From Macrostomum lignano (lineage: Eukaryota), in the NCBI GenBank assembly GCA_002269645.1, contig NIVC01000920.1, forward strand, positions 1 through 64,000: a stretch of 64,000 nt of DNA, in the 5' to 3' direction. The notes beneath the pieces are model-generated. The model ran no database searches. It had not been told where the DNA came from and worked only from the letters and a program-made list of their open reading frames with translations. The position numbers were made by a program, and so were the translations under genes. Positions 12,581-38,051 of this stretch are shown here, in pieces (positions within the stretch are counted from its first letter, which is position 1; every line of letters begins with the position of its first letter).

Positions 12581-13200
12581 GAGTCGAGTAGAGTAGAGTA
12601 GAGTAGAACGGAGTAGAGTAGACTAGATTAATTTAGAGTAGAGTGGAGTGGGTTAGAGTAGAGTAAAGAGGAGCAGAGTGGAGTAGAGTATAGTGAAGTA
12701 GAGTGGAGTAGAGTAGAGCAGAATAGATCCGTAGAGTAGAGTAGGGGGCCGCAGCCCAGCGGTCTAGCGCAGGCTCTGGTGTGCCAGCGACCCAGGCTCG
12801 ATTCCAAGTGCAGTCACATTAATTTGGGGCTGAATTGGAATCTCGGCTTGGCTCTGCTCGTGCAATTAACGGCCTTGAGAGCCAACCCCCCAAGGCGCAG
12901 GGAAGTGTACATGCCTAACGATAAAATAAAGTTAGGGCCGCTGTACACTCCTGTGTGAGTGTGTGCCTGCGTACGTATCCGCGCGCTTGTATGCCTGCTC
13001 AGGGGAGTCAGCGGAATGGGCAGTAATGCCTCTCGCCGGTTGTGTGACAATGTCGCTTAAAGTGCGCCAGGGTGCACACAACCCCCCTGCCTCTAAAAAA
13101 AGAGTAGATTTTAGTAAGGTGGAGTCGAGTAGAGAAAAGTAGAGTAGAATAGAGTAGAGTAGATTGGAGTTAAGTAAACTAGAATTGATTTGGGTAGAGT
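12581..13200. repeat. (GAGTA)n microsatellite, interrupted by a SINE
   Basis: Degenerate gagta pentamers at 12581-12743 and 13102-13200. Confidence 0.85.
12744..13101 (+). mobile_element. tRNA-derived SINE (head resembles tRNA-His), ~358 bp, A-tail
   Basis: A-box-like CAGCCCAGCGG, B-box GGCTCGATTCC, and CAGCGACCCAGGCTCGATTCCAAGT resembling the tRNA-His T-arm region. Unique body, ends in ctctaaaaaaa, flanked by gagta on both sides. Confidence 0.7.
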
Positions 13201-13292
13201 AGTGATCAGAGTGGGATTATGTCACAGCACAGTGCGAGGTAGCGTAGCGTATCGCTTAGTCCCCCCCCAAACTCACCCACCCCAAGACTCAC

Positions 13293-13782
13293 CGGTTCTG
13301 CACGGCTCGCACTCGCACCGCGGCTTCCGGTTGGCGTCCAAGCCGCAGCGCTGGCCACTTGGGCACCGGAAGTCCGCGCACGGATTGCAGCGGCCTCTGT
13401 ACATCGCCTTGACCTGGTAGACAGCGTGACAGGAGGCCCGCATCAGGTGGCACAGGCTGGGGTAGGTTCGCCCGTCGCTGCCGCACACTTCGCCGCTGTC
13501 CTCGGAGTCGCCGACGTTCCAGCAGGTGTTCGGGCAGACGCACCTGTACAGGTTGTCCACGTTGACAGCGGGTACGCAGAGGGCATTGTTAGGGCAGGTG
13601 GCGTTTTCGCACGGGTTCCGCCAGTTCCGATAGCGGAAGCAGCAGCCGCCGCCGCTGGCGAAGGGGCTGGCGCAGGCCAGGGCGGCCGCGGTGGACGCTG
13701 TCCACAGCAGAAGGCAGCGAATCAGTATGCTGCACTTCAATGAGCCGCCGCTGCTGTAACAGCCAACAGCAATGGACGGCAT
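13293..13782 (-). CDS. First coding exon of an agrin-like follistatin/Kazal-domain protein; downstream exons not found in window
   Basis: Hydrophobic N-terminus, then CENATCPNNALCV..CVCPNTC..GDSEDSGEVCGSDGRTYPSLCHLMRASC..YRGRCNPCADFRCPSGQRC..PRCEC, the layout of invertebrate agrin FS domains 1-2. Phase-1 donor ACCG|gtgagt at 13292. Confidence 0.75.
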
Positions 13783-14167
13783 CGGAATTCTTTTATAGTG
13801 CCGTCAGTGTAGTGGCTAACTAATGTTTGCTATGAGATTATTATCGACAATCTGACACTATTAAGGTGTCGCACCATTGCCAATGGGTTTAGAGAAGGGC
13901 TGAGAGGCTGAGTATATCCGCTGTTGAAATAGAGATTGATCAACTGGGGCTGATTGGATCTCTCGCTTGCTCACTCCTCCTGGCTTCCAAATATGGGAAT
14001 AAAATCGCTCCCAACTATTTATCCCCCCTTAGGATGTGGCAGAGCTGAGGAGGGCAGAGGGGGTGGGGGTTGGGGAGCAGAGCCAAGGAGACCACAAAAC
14101 CCAGAGCCTGGAGTTGCCAGCTCTTCTCCAGACCTCCTGCAGCAGAAGTTTTTTTGCGGCGCATTGA

Positions 14168-14460
14168 TGAGTTCCAGTGGGTGCCAAAATGAATGCCAGT
14201 GGGTGCCAAAATGAGTGCTAAAGGTGTTAAAATGAATGCCAGTGGGTGCCAAAATGAGTGCTAAAGGTGTTAAAATGAGTGCCAGTGGGTGCCAAAATGA
14301 GTGCTAAAGGTGTTAAAATGAGTGCCAGTGGGTGCCAAAATGAGTGCTAAAGGTGTTAAAATGAGTGCCAGTGGGTGCCAAAATGAGTGCTAAAGGTGTT
14401 AAAATGAGTGCCAGTGGGTGCCAAAATGAGTGCTAAAGGTGTTAAAATGAGTTCCAGTGT
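14168..14460. repeat. 43-bp minisatellite, ~6.5 copies
   Basis: Unit gagtgccagtgggtgccaaaatgagtgctaaaggtgttaaaat. Confidence 0.9.
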
Positions 14461-15717
14461 CTGTTAATATTTTTTTAATCTGAAGTGTCATCATTCACAA
14501 TGTAAATGCAGAACTTCGCGTTCCTCCAAGGTTCTTAGTTCCGGGTCTCCTTGTTGGCCAGAGCAGAGCCTATATTGGTCGTGGCCGCAGAGGCAGGATC
14601 CGGGTGACACCTTCAGTAGCTCGTGCAGTTAAGCTAATCCACCGAAATGTGCCATGCAATATAGATAGATCACTCAGGCCTTAACTAGTCACAGTTACGG
14701 TCTGCGAGATCCATAAACTAAGGAAGTTTGGCTAACTGGTCCCCCGTTCTACCCTGTCAGAGTTGATCCGCTCTCGCCGGCTAGCTATGCTACATTTATA
14801 ATGGCCTATAGCTGTAGCGACTCCAACACTGCATGCTGCAGTAATGATGATGCATGAGACTGTATAGGTGCACTAGTATATCTAGGCAGATGAAATTCCA
14901 GCTGCATTCCCAACCTCCATCCGGCCCGGTGCAAGCCCGGTGCTCCTAACCTGTCCCTCCGGCTCAGCAACGCTAACGCTGCAGCGGACATCTCCCCCAC
15001 CTCCCCCCCCCCACACACACACAGACCCAGAAGTCAATTTAACTAAAAGCCTATACAGACTGCGTGGAACAGTCGTTTGAGCAGAGAGCCTATTTTACAG
15101 CTATTCATATTTATTATACAACGTACATAGATACACAGTTGTTTGCCGTACTTTCAAATAAATACTTATAAATAAAGGTTTGCAGCTTCTGCAGCGGCTA
15201 TTTGTCTATGTGGCATTCTGAGCTTCTTGTGATGCTGGTGCTTGTCTATGGCTAGGACCAAAAAAATCGAGCTTCTGGCGATCCAGTTATATTATTTATT
15301 CATCCATGGGCGCTACAGATTCAAACCTTCCCTCTGCAGTCTAGCAATGTATTAGGCTAAAAGTACACATGCACAGTGGAAAAACAAAAATAAGACAATC
15401 AGTCGATGCTGCAATGGCCCAGGTGTGCAAGCTGTGTACACCTTGTACAGTGTTTGGAACTGTGGATGGCTCTCGCAATAACCCCCCCCCCTCAGGTGAG
15501 CTGGAGCTCTGTTTACAATTTTCAGGGACGTAGCCAGAATTTTTTATTGGAGGGGCCATAGTGGGTGCCAAAGTAGCTGTTCGGGGAACTGCTAAAATGG
15601 GGAACAGGGACGACAAACCAGCTGTTTAGAATCGATTTTTTGCTAATTTTTGCACTCGATACTCTTAAAGCACTACTAACACGAAAGAAGTACAGTATAT
15701 GGGAGCAGGACAACTGA

Positions 15718-15885
15718 CTGCCACAATTTGGAGTGCCACAATTAGAGTACCACAATTGGAGTGCCACAATTAGAGTACCACAATTGGAGTGCCTCAATTG
15801 GAGTGCCACAATTGGAGTGCCACAATTGGAGTGCCACAATTGGAGTGCCACAACTAGAGCGCCATAATTGGAGTGCCACAATTGA
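15718..15885. repeat. 14-bp minisatellite (CCACAATTGGAGTG)n
   Basis: About 11 copies. Confidence 0.9.
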
Positions 15886-17349
15886 CAGCCGACAAATAGA
15901 CTGCCAGCTCTCGATCTTAACCCTTTTACCTATACTAAATGTCTAATATGTACCTATCTGTTAACATGTGCAACGAAGCAATATAAAACCTGATATAAGG
16001 CAGTAGAAGTGCATGCATTGCATAACTTGTACTTTAATTATCTAATTTAGCCAAGTCTAGATCGCAGAATATGCACAGAATGGCGAATCGGCAGTCCTCT
16101 ATGAAAGCAAAAATAAATGCGCTTGCACTACTAACGTTGTGAAGCTGATAAGTAGCTGCGTTTTTTAACGCAAAGTTGAATGTAAAAGTTGAGCTCAAGA
16201 CAGCCTTTGAAAGCTTTGAGTCGTCGTTTTGACGCTGCAGATGAATGCTGCGCTATCCTTGTAATTAATTTGTTCATAACGGTGCGTGCGCAAAGTCCAG
16301 ATAGCCAATTAGATAGACGTAAATTATAGCGGTCACGTGATGTTTACGTGATTGTTGGTCAATTCCATTTGCAATATATAAGCTTCAATTAGCTATACTT
16401 TAGCCGTGTACTTGTGAACTAAAGTTTTACTGGACAACTGAGGTGTAAACATCACATAGTAATTACTTATTCACCATTAATATAGTACATTCTTTATTTC
16501 TTCGTTAAAACTACTTCAGTATGTAGAACTTTTAATTTACTTGGGTTGGGTTGCTCCTGATTCTGGGCTGATGCATTTCTAATCCATTTAATTGAACCGG
16601 TAGCAGAAACCGTGTCTGCTGGCGCCCCTGGTGCTGGCGCCCCTGGTGCTGGCGCCCCCAAAATGGAATGGCTCCCCCCCCCAGTATGGAAAATCGTGGC
16701 TGCGCCCCGTCTTGACGACGTGTCAATTTGGTATGATATAAAATTAAGGCGTTTTCCTAATAAAGCCTCGTTCACACCGCCATCAAATGTACATCACACT
16801 TGTACATCAAAATTTGATTCCATTGTACATTGGTCGTGTGATCTGGTGGCTCATTTGATGGCAGTTGTAATTTTGAATGATCCTTAAAAGTTTGCCATTT
16901 TTCCGAAAATGGGATGATATTTATGCACATAATTCTCTACAAAATGGGATACTTATTAGCTTTGAAAACTTTCAGAACTAGCGGCTGCGACAGTTTTTTT
17001 CCTGTCGACAGTTATACTAAAATGTGTTGAATCTGTCTGTTTTTTTGCTATTACGTCGCTTGTAGAAGATTGTTATTGATGTTTAATACTCCAACTGAAA
17101 GACAATTTTTGTAGAATTTATTGAGATCAATCTGAAATTCGGGCACCATTTCATTCTGAAATAATAGGAAGTTGTCTGCGCACACTACGCCACACTTGAG
17201 AGTCAGTTTGTCAATTTTGGGCCGGCTGGGCGGGGTGGCGGCGGACACAAAGATGCGGTCCAGTTTGTTGGCTCTTATTATTCAGCTCGCGCCCGCACGG
17301 GGGGCCTCTCTTATCAATTTCGCTTCCAGGCCCCCACTAAAGCTAAGAA

Positions 17350-17357
17350 TATAAAGG
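17350..17357 (+). promoter_or_regulatory. Putative TATA box of histone H1
   Basis: TATAAAGG ~75 nt upstream of the ATG; GC-box-like gggcgggg near 17227. Confidence 0.4.
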
Positions 17358-17425
17358 TTTTCATTCACGCGTCTTGCACAAATTACTCATCGTATATCTA
17401 TTATTAAGAATTTAGTGAGCCGAAA

Positions 17426-18176
17426 ATGAGCGCCACCGTAGCTAAAGCCGCCGGGCAGAAGAAGCCGTCGAAGCCCAAATCGCACCCGTCCTACACGGAC
17501 ATGATCAGCGCCGCCATTGCCGCCTTGAAAGAGCGCAAAGGATCCAGCCGGCAGGCCATCACCAAGTACCTGCTAGCCAATTACAAGTTCAACTCGGACG
17601 AGAAAATCGACTTCTACGTTAAGGCCGCTTTGAAGGCCGGCAGCAAGAGCGGCCGCTATGTGCACACCAAAGGCGTTGGCGCCACCGGGTCCTTCCAGCT
17701 GGCCAAGAAGGAGTCCGCCGCCAAGTCTAAGAAGCCGATGGCTCCCAAGTCGCCAAACAAGGCTAAATCGCCCATCGCTAGCAAGAAGCCGAAGTCGCCG
17801 GCCGCCAAGAAGGCCAAGTCACCCGCCGCCGCCAAAAAGCCGAAATCTCCGGCCGCGGCCAAGAAGCCAAAGTCGCCAGTTGCGGCCAAAAAGCCAAGTT
17901 CGCCGGTTGCCGCCAAGCGGGCCAAATCTCCAGTGGCCAAGAAGCCGAGATCTCCCAAACCTATGAAGGCCAAATCGCCGGCTGGCAAGCGGGTCGCCGC
18001 CAAGCCGAGCGAGGCTGCTGCGGCTGCTCCCGAGCCTGCCGCTGTCGCCGCCAAGACCAACAACAGCAGAGCTGGCAAAAAGGGCGCCGCCCCCCACCAC
18101 TGCCGGTGGCGCCAAGCCGAAATCGAAGACCCCGACCAAGGCCAAGAAGGCCGCGCCCGCCAAGGCTAAGAAATAA
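17426..18176 (+). CDS. H1: Linker histone H1, intronless, with KSP-repeat tail; one apparent +1 frameshift in a C6 run (18090-18095)
   Basis: Globular domain [41 protein letters not shown] and Lys/Ala/Pro tail. Removing one C gives ..[27 protein letters not shown] (stop 18174-18176) instead of the atypical HHCRWRQ end. AATAAA at 18274. Confidence 0.95.
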
Positions 18177-19424
18177 TCCATGCTAAACTGTGTGTAATTA
18201 ATAGTAGGGCCTAATAGCATCATATTTTTTGACTTGAAAGTAATTCAGCCCATCTAAAAAAGTAGCCAAGCTAAATAAAATTAATTTATCCAGTTTTGCA
18301 CATGTCTGTCTGCTGATAAGGCAAACAAAATCGGTGCAGCATTTGTTTATTCAATCATAATCGCATTTTATCTACACCTACAAATAAGCTAAATTAGCTA
18401 ATTGTTAACTTCTGCTGGTTTTTAATATCCACAAACTATTTTATTACTTATTAGGCCCAACTACTTTTTATTAACTGATTTAAGTTTGATTTTTTCCAAG
18501 TCTCCCGCATTTATGCCAAAAATAATTCTGTTTGTTGTATTGTGCAGCATTAGGCCTATTTTCATTTCTAATCCAAGCTCGAATTCTCTTTGTGCTCATT
18601 TTTCATCTGCATTAATACAACTTTCTGTATTAAATTTATTTGGATTAACGATATAAAAGTAAAACCAATAAGTTGGAGTTGCCTAATAAACAAATACACA
18701 CGCCATCGCAAAAATGATTATTAAAATCAACTTGATATATTTTCTTAATTATCCAGTCTCCAGCTCGGCTGTGTACGAGAGGTTAAACAGTTCGGCAAAA
18801 ATAATTTTATTTTAATTACTTTTTTATTTTTACGAATTAACGATTGAAAATGAATGCACTGAAATCCTACTGCAAGTAGAACAGTTGAAAAAACAAGAAA
18901 ATTTAACTAAGCCAGAGAATTATTATTTCTTTGCTTTCCGTGACGCCAGCTATGCAGTACTCCGTAAAGGAGTTGCCAGCAGAATTTATGGGATTTTGTG
19001 TTTGCAAAGCGAGCTAGAAGGGTTTAGTTCGCTACGGAGAAAGCGTACAATTCGAGTGTGTTGGGTCGGAACGGACGGAACCAGCTGTACTGTACATGTC
19101 AGCACTTTCAAGAGTAGTCAATGCAATCCATGGCCCAGCCGTTTGCTGAGAAGTTTTACGTTCTCCCCAATACTAAAGTCCCATAGCACTGTACATGAGC
19201 AGATACAGCGCACAGGGAAGAAAGGTTCAAGCTAAGGGGGGGGGGGAGAAATCAAGATTACCGGGGGGACACATTTTCCTCGTACCACATTCTTCATAAG
19301 GAAGAGTAACAAGCTTGCAATGGTCTGAAATTCACAACCTCATGCACCACAGAGCTCACGAAATAGAATTGCAAGCTTACAAATTGATCAGTCAATTGCA
19401 ACATCAACTACACAAAATCAATAA

Positions 19425-33342
<13,918 letters not shown>

Positions 33343-34524
33343 AAAGTACATTTAAAGCTCTTTAAAGTGTTTCTAACTTTGCCAACAACATGGTAATCGA
33401 CATGTTGCTAAAATTTTGAATTTTTTCCATTCTTCTACGCTTCCTACTCATAGACAACTAAAGTAGAAGGAACTGTCACTCGCAATAAAAGTTGTGAAAA
33501 AGCAGAGCGTCTACTACTTTTTTATTGGTAGTTTGTCTGCGCAGTGTCACTTAAATTTAATGTAACAGCCAAAATTTTCATTCCCTTTTCGGGGTTTGCT
33601 GCCTCAGGAGAATGAGGTTAAGAATGTACACAAGTTAACGCAAGTCAGGCAGCCAAATCTAGCTCAACCAATGAGAGAGCAGTAAGGAGAGAGGTCAAAG
33701 TCAGACGGACGAAACTCAGCCTATGGGCAGGCACAATCTGGCTCAACCAATGAGAGAGCAGTAAGGAGAGAGGTCAAAGTCAGACACAAGCGGGCAAGAG
33801 AAAAACATGTTTATCGGCAGATACCCTATATCGGCAGAAGAAAGACAGAGTCTGCTTGTGTAGCAGCATTATAACCTTTAAAATCTTATAAATTTTATAT
33901 TTTTTCACTACTAAAAAAGACTAAAGACGCAAATTCTGCTACTGATAAAAGAGTAGACGACCGCATTTTTTGCATGATTTGCGAGTTATACGCGCACCTG
34001 TACTTACAGAATGTAAGAAATGTGATTTGTGACATGTTTAAAGATTACATCAACTTTTCTTATGCATGTTTCATTCGTTTCAGAATCATTTTGTCGATCT
34101 TTTCAAATCATTATCAAGTAATGGTAATCAACATTTTAGGCAGTTTATTTTCATATTCATAATTGATTCTGGGTTGCTGATTGTCAAAAAACAGGCGCAA
34201 AAATTATTGAATTTTAATTTCAGAAAATAAAATTTTGAGAGTAAACCCCTTTGTTTTCTGTGCAGTAGATGACATTGAAATGACTTTGGCAACTTTGTGT
34301 TTCACGAAAAATTGCCAATAAGGAGCGAGAAATAGAAAGTACAGTTTAAACTTTAAGGGAAATACTTTCTGGAGAAGCAAACCATATCGGGCATTGTAAA
34401 TTAAGATTGCAATGTAAAATAATAACCCTAATTGTAGGCATTATGTTAGTAGTTATGAAAAAAATGAGCAGAGTTGACTTTGCAACCGTGTAAAGACTTC
34501 GTGGATCGTGGTTGATTAAGTCTT

Positions 34525-35140
34525 CGTGGTGGGGTACTGTTTCGTGGGGTGCTGTGGGGTGAGGGTGCTGTTTCGTGGGGGTGCTGTGGAGTCTGAGTGC
34601 TGTGGGGCCTGGGTGCTGTGGGGTGAGGGTGCTGTTTCGTGGGGGTGCTGTGGAGTCTGAGTGCTGTGGGGCCTGGGTGCTGTGGGGTGAGGGTGCTGTG
34701 GGGCCTGGGTGCTGTGGGGTGACGGTGCTGTTTCGTGGGGGTGCTATGGGGTGAGGGTGCTGTGGGGCCTGGATGCTGCTTCGTGGGGGTGCTGTGGGGC
34801 CTGGGTCCTGTGGGGCCTGGGTGCTGTGGGGCCTGGGTGCTGTGGGGCCTGGGTGCTGTGGGGTGAGGGTGCTGTGGGGCCTGGATGCTGCTTCGTGGGG
34901 GTGCTGTGCGGTGAGGGTGCTGTGGGGCCTGGGTGCTGCTTCGTGGGGGTGCTGTGCGGTGAGGGTGCTGTGGGGCCTGGGTGCTGCTTCGTGGGGGTGC
35001 TGTGGGGTGAGGGTGCTGGTTCGTGGGGGTGCTGTGGGGTGAGGGTGCTGTGGGGCCTGGATGCTGCTTTGTTGGGGTGCTGTGGGGAGGGGGTACTGTG
35101 GGGTGGTGATGCTGTGGGTTAGGATGCTGTGGGTTGTGCT
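34525..35140. repeat. G/T-rich intergenic minisatellite (GGTGCTGTGGGGCCTG-like)
   Basis: Mixed 15-17 bp units. Confidence 0.9.
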
Positions 35141-35942
35141 TTAAAAGCAATTTATTTGGTATGCTTTTTACGGTGGCTGATTAAAATTTATATGAGATGG
35201 GTGCAGTCAATCAGAATCGGTGACATTGCGGTAAGCTTCGAACAATAGGGGCTTATTGTCAGGTAAAGTTCTACCGTTCAAAACAAGGAAGATCTCCTTA
35301 AAGTCCAAACACCGGAAAGCATATCATTTGGGTTAAGAGAACTCAGGTACCTAAATATTCCACTCAATAAGACGTGCAGAATTGCGTGTATATTAATAAT
35401 TTGCGAAGCGATTTTTCTCAACACCAGGGGGATTTTTTGATTAAAAATTACGGAATATAAACAGTTTTTTGCTGAAAATAAGTTAAACAAGAAGTTTAGC
35501 AGACAAGAGGGTCGTAAGCCAACCTGTTCCTTCCGCTCCGACTCAATGACTCAAAACTGGTACTTCGGATTCATTTTACTGAAATAAGATTCGAGGGATG
35601 GCGTCATTGTGTAATGCTTCTGTAATTGGCTTGAGATCAGTGAATTAGTGTTGATTTAGTCTCTGTAATAATGCTTTCAACCAATCACAGCCTAGAGAGG
35701 TGTGAGATTGGTGTCCTAAGATTTCGAGAAAAACGAGTGCGCTGGGGTCAGAGGCGCGAGAAACTATGTACATTGGCAGTGTACGTAGAATAGTCAGTAG
35801 TTTATTAGGCAAGACTGCACAACATTTTATTGATTTAAAATAATCAGTGACTGTCAAATCTGAGTTGGCTACCAGAATCCATATTCTAATCCAAAACAAA
35901 TACATTTAAATTTACACAAAAATACATTACTATTACACTTAG

Positions 35943-36722
35943 CCACCTGTCCCATCCTAAATCCCACCTGTCCCATCCTAAATCCTCACCTGTCCCATTC
36001 TAAATCCTCAACTGTCCGATCCTAAATCCCACCTGTCCCATCCTAAATCCTCACCTGTCCCATCCTAAATCCTCACCCTGTCCCATCCTAAATCCCATGG
36101 CCACCTGTCCCATCCTAAATCCCATGGCCACCTGTCTCATTCTAAATCCCACCTGTCCCATCCTAAACCCCCACCTGTCCCATCCTAAATCCCACCTGTC
36201 CCATCCTAAATCCCACCTGTCCCATCCTAAATCCCACCTGTCCCATCCTAAATCCCACCTGTCCCATCCTAAATCCCACCTGTCCCATCCTAAATCCCAC
36301 CTGTCCCATCCTAAATCCCACCTGTCCCATCCTAAATCCCACCTGTCCCATCCTAAATCCCACCTGTCCCATCCTAAATCCCACCTGTCCCATCCTAAAT
36401 CCCATGGCCACCTGTCCCATCCTAAATCCCATGGCCACCTGTCCCATCCTAAATCCCATGGCCACCTGTCCCATCCTAAATCCCATGGCCACCTGTCCCA
36501 TCATAAATCCCATGGCCACCTGTCCCATCCTAAATCCCATGGCCACCTGTCTCATTCTAAATCCCACCTGTCCCATCCTAAATCCCATGGCCACCTGTCT
36601 CATTCTAAATCCTACCTGTCCCATCCTAAATCCCATGGCCACCTGTCCCATCCTAAATCCCATGGCCACCTGTCTCATCCTAAATCCCATGGCCACCTGT
36701 CTCATCCTAAATCCCTACCTGT
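35943..36722. repeat. 21/27-bp minisatellite (CCACCTGTCCCATCCTAAATC +/- CCATGG)
   Basis: Two unit lengths differing by a 6-bp insertion. Confidence 0.92.
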
Positions 36723-37184
36723 GCTTTACCAAGAAAGCTGTGGTTGCCACAACTTGTGTAAATAGTGAAAGTTGTGAAATATAAGCCAATTAAGTCAGTT
36801 AAAAAATATTCGAAAAAAGATTCAGCCAGTTAAAAAATATCTCAAAAGTGAAAAACATCTCTTGACTCTGATGTTAGTCATTAGTAGTGGGGTTCACTTC
36901 TCTAACTAACTAACCAATACAAGTTCACAGCATGCATTGTGAACACAGCTAGCTCAGAGCGTCAAACGATGGAAGTTGTGAGTGTATCGAATCCAGAATC
37001 GTCATTCAGTCTGCGATTGTATTGGCTCAATAGGGTTTGGATTCTGAAATGAAATGGCAATTTCTAATCGCTTTAAATTGCACACTGTCAGAGGGTATTA
37101 ATCTGGGAGAGGTGAGCTGGTTTGGGGAGTGGCTGGTGATATGGGTGGGTGCTCTGGGGAAAGGTGATCTGAAGAGGGATTGCT

Positions 37185-37770
37185 TGATCTGGGGAGGGGT
37201 GAAGGGTGAGGGGTGGGGTGGGTGATCTAGGGAGGGGTGAAGGTGAGGGGTGGGGTGGGTGATCTGGGAGGGGTGAAGGGTGAGGGGTGGGGTGGGTGAT
37301 CTAGGGAGGGGTGAAAGGTGAGGGGTGGGGTGGGTGATCTGGGGAGGGGTGAAAGATGAGGGGTGGGGTGGGTGATCTAGGGAGGGGTGAAAGGTGAGGG
37401 GTGGGGTGGGTGATCTGGGAGGGGTGAAGGGTGAGGGGTGGGGTGGGTGATCTAGAGAGGGGTGAAAGGTGAGGGGTGGGGTGGGTGATCTGGGGAGAGC
37501 CGAAGAGTGAGGGGTGGCTGGGTGATCTGGGGAGGGCTGAAAAGGAAGGAGTGGCTGGGTGATCTAGGGAGGGGTGAAAGGTGAGGGTTGGGGTGGGTGA
37601 TCTGGGGAGGGGTGAAAGGTGAGGGGTGGGGTGGGTGATCTGGGAAGGAGTGAAGGGTGAGGGGTGGGGTGAGTGATCTGGGAGCGGTGGCTGGGTGATC
37701 TGGGGAGGGCTGAAGAGTGAGGGGTGGGGTGGGTGATCTGGGAAGTGGTTGCTTGATCTGAGGGTGGGGT
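37185..37770. repeat. ~38-bp G-rich minisatellite
   Basis: gggtgatctggggaggggtgaaaggtgaggggtggggt, about 14 copies. Confidence 0.9.
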
Positions 37771-38051
37771 GGGTGGGAACTCTTGGGAATAGTATGCGAT
37801 TTTTGGAAGGGTAAGTGATCTAAGAAGAGTGTGTTTTGAAATTGAGGAGGGGTTGGGTAATCTGGAGATGAGGCAATGGTGATCTGTTAATTAACTAGAT
37901 GTCAGTTCATTTGAAGGTCATCTAATATATGATGATGAAGATAGGTTTTGAATCGATTGAACCAGCCCCGCCTCTAGTACTGTATCGAGCAATATTGGCA
38001 TGCAGAAAGCTGATTATTTAATGCTGAACAAACCGCCTTGCAGCGGGGGTT

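Noticed and set aside
12744-12817. tRNA genes at 12744 and 41804
   Set aside because: Acceptor and anticodon stems do not pair properly, and both continue into SINE bodies with tails.
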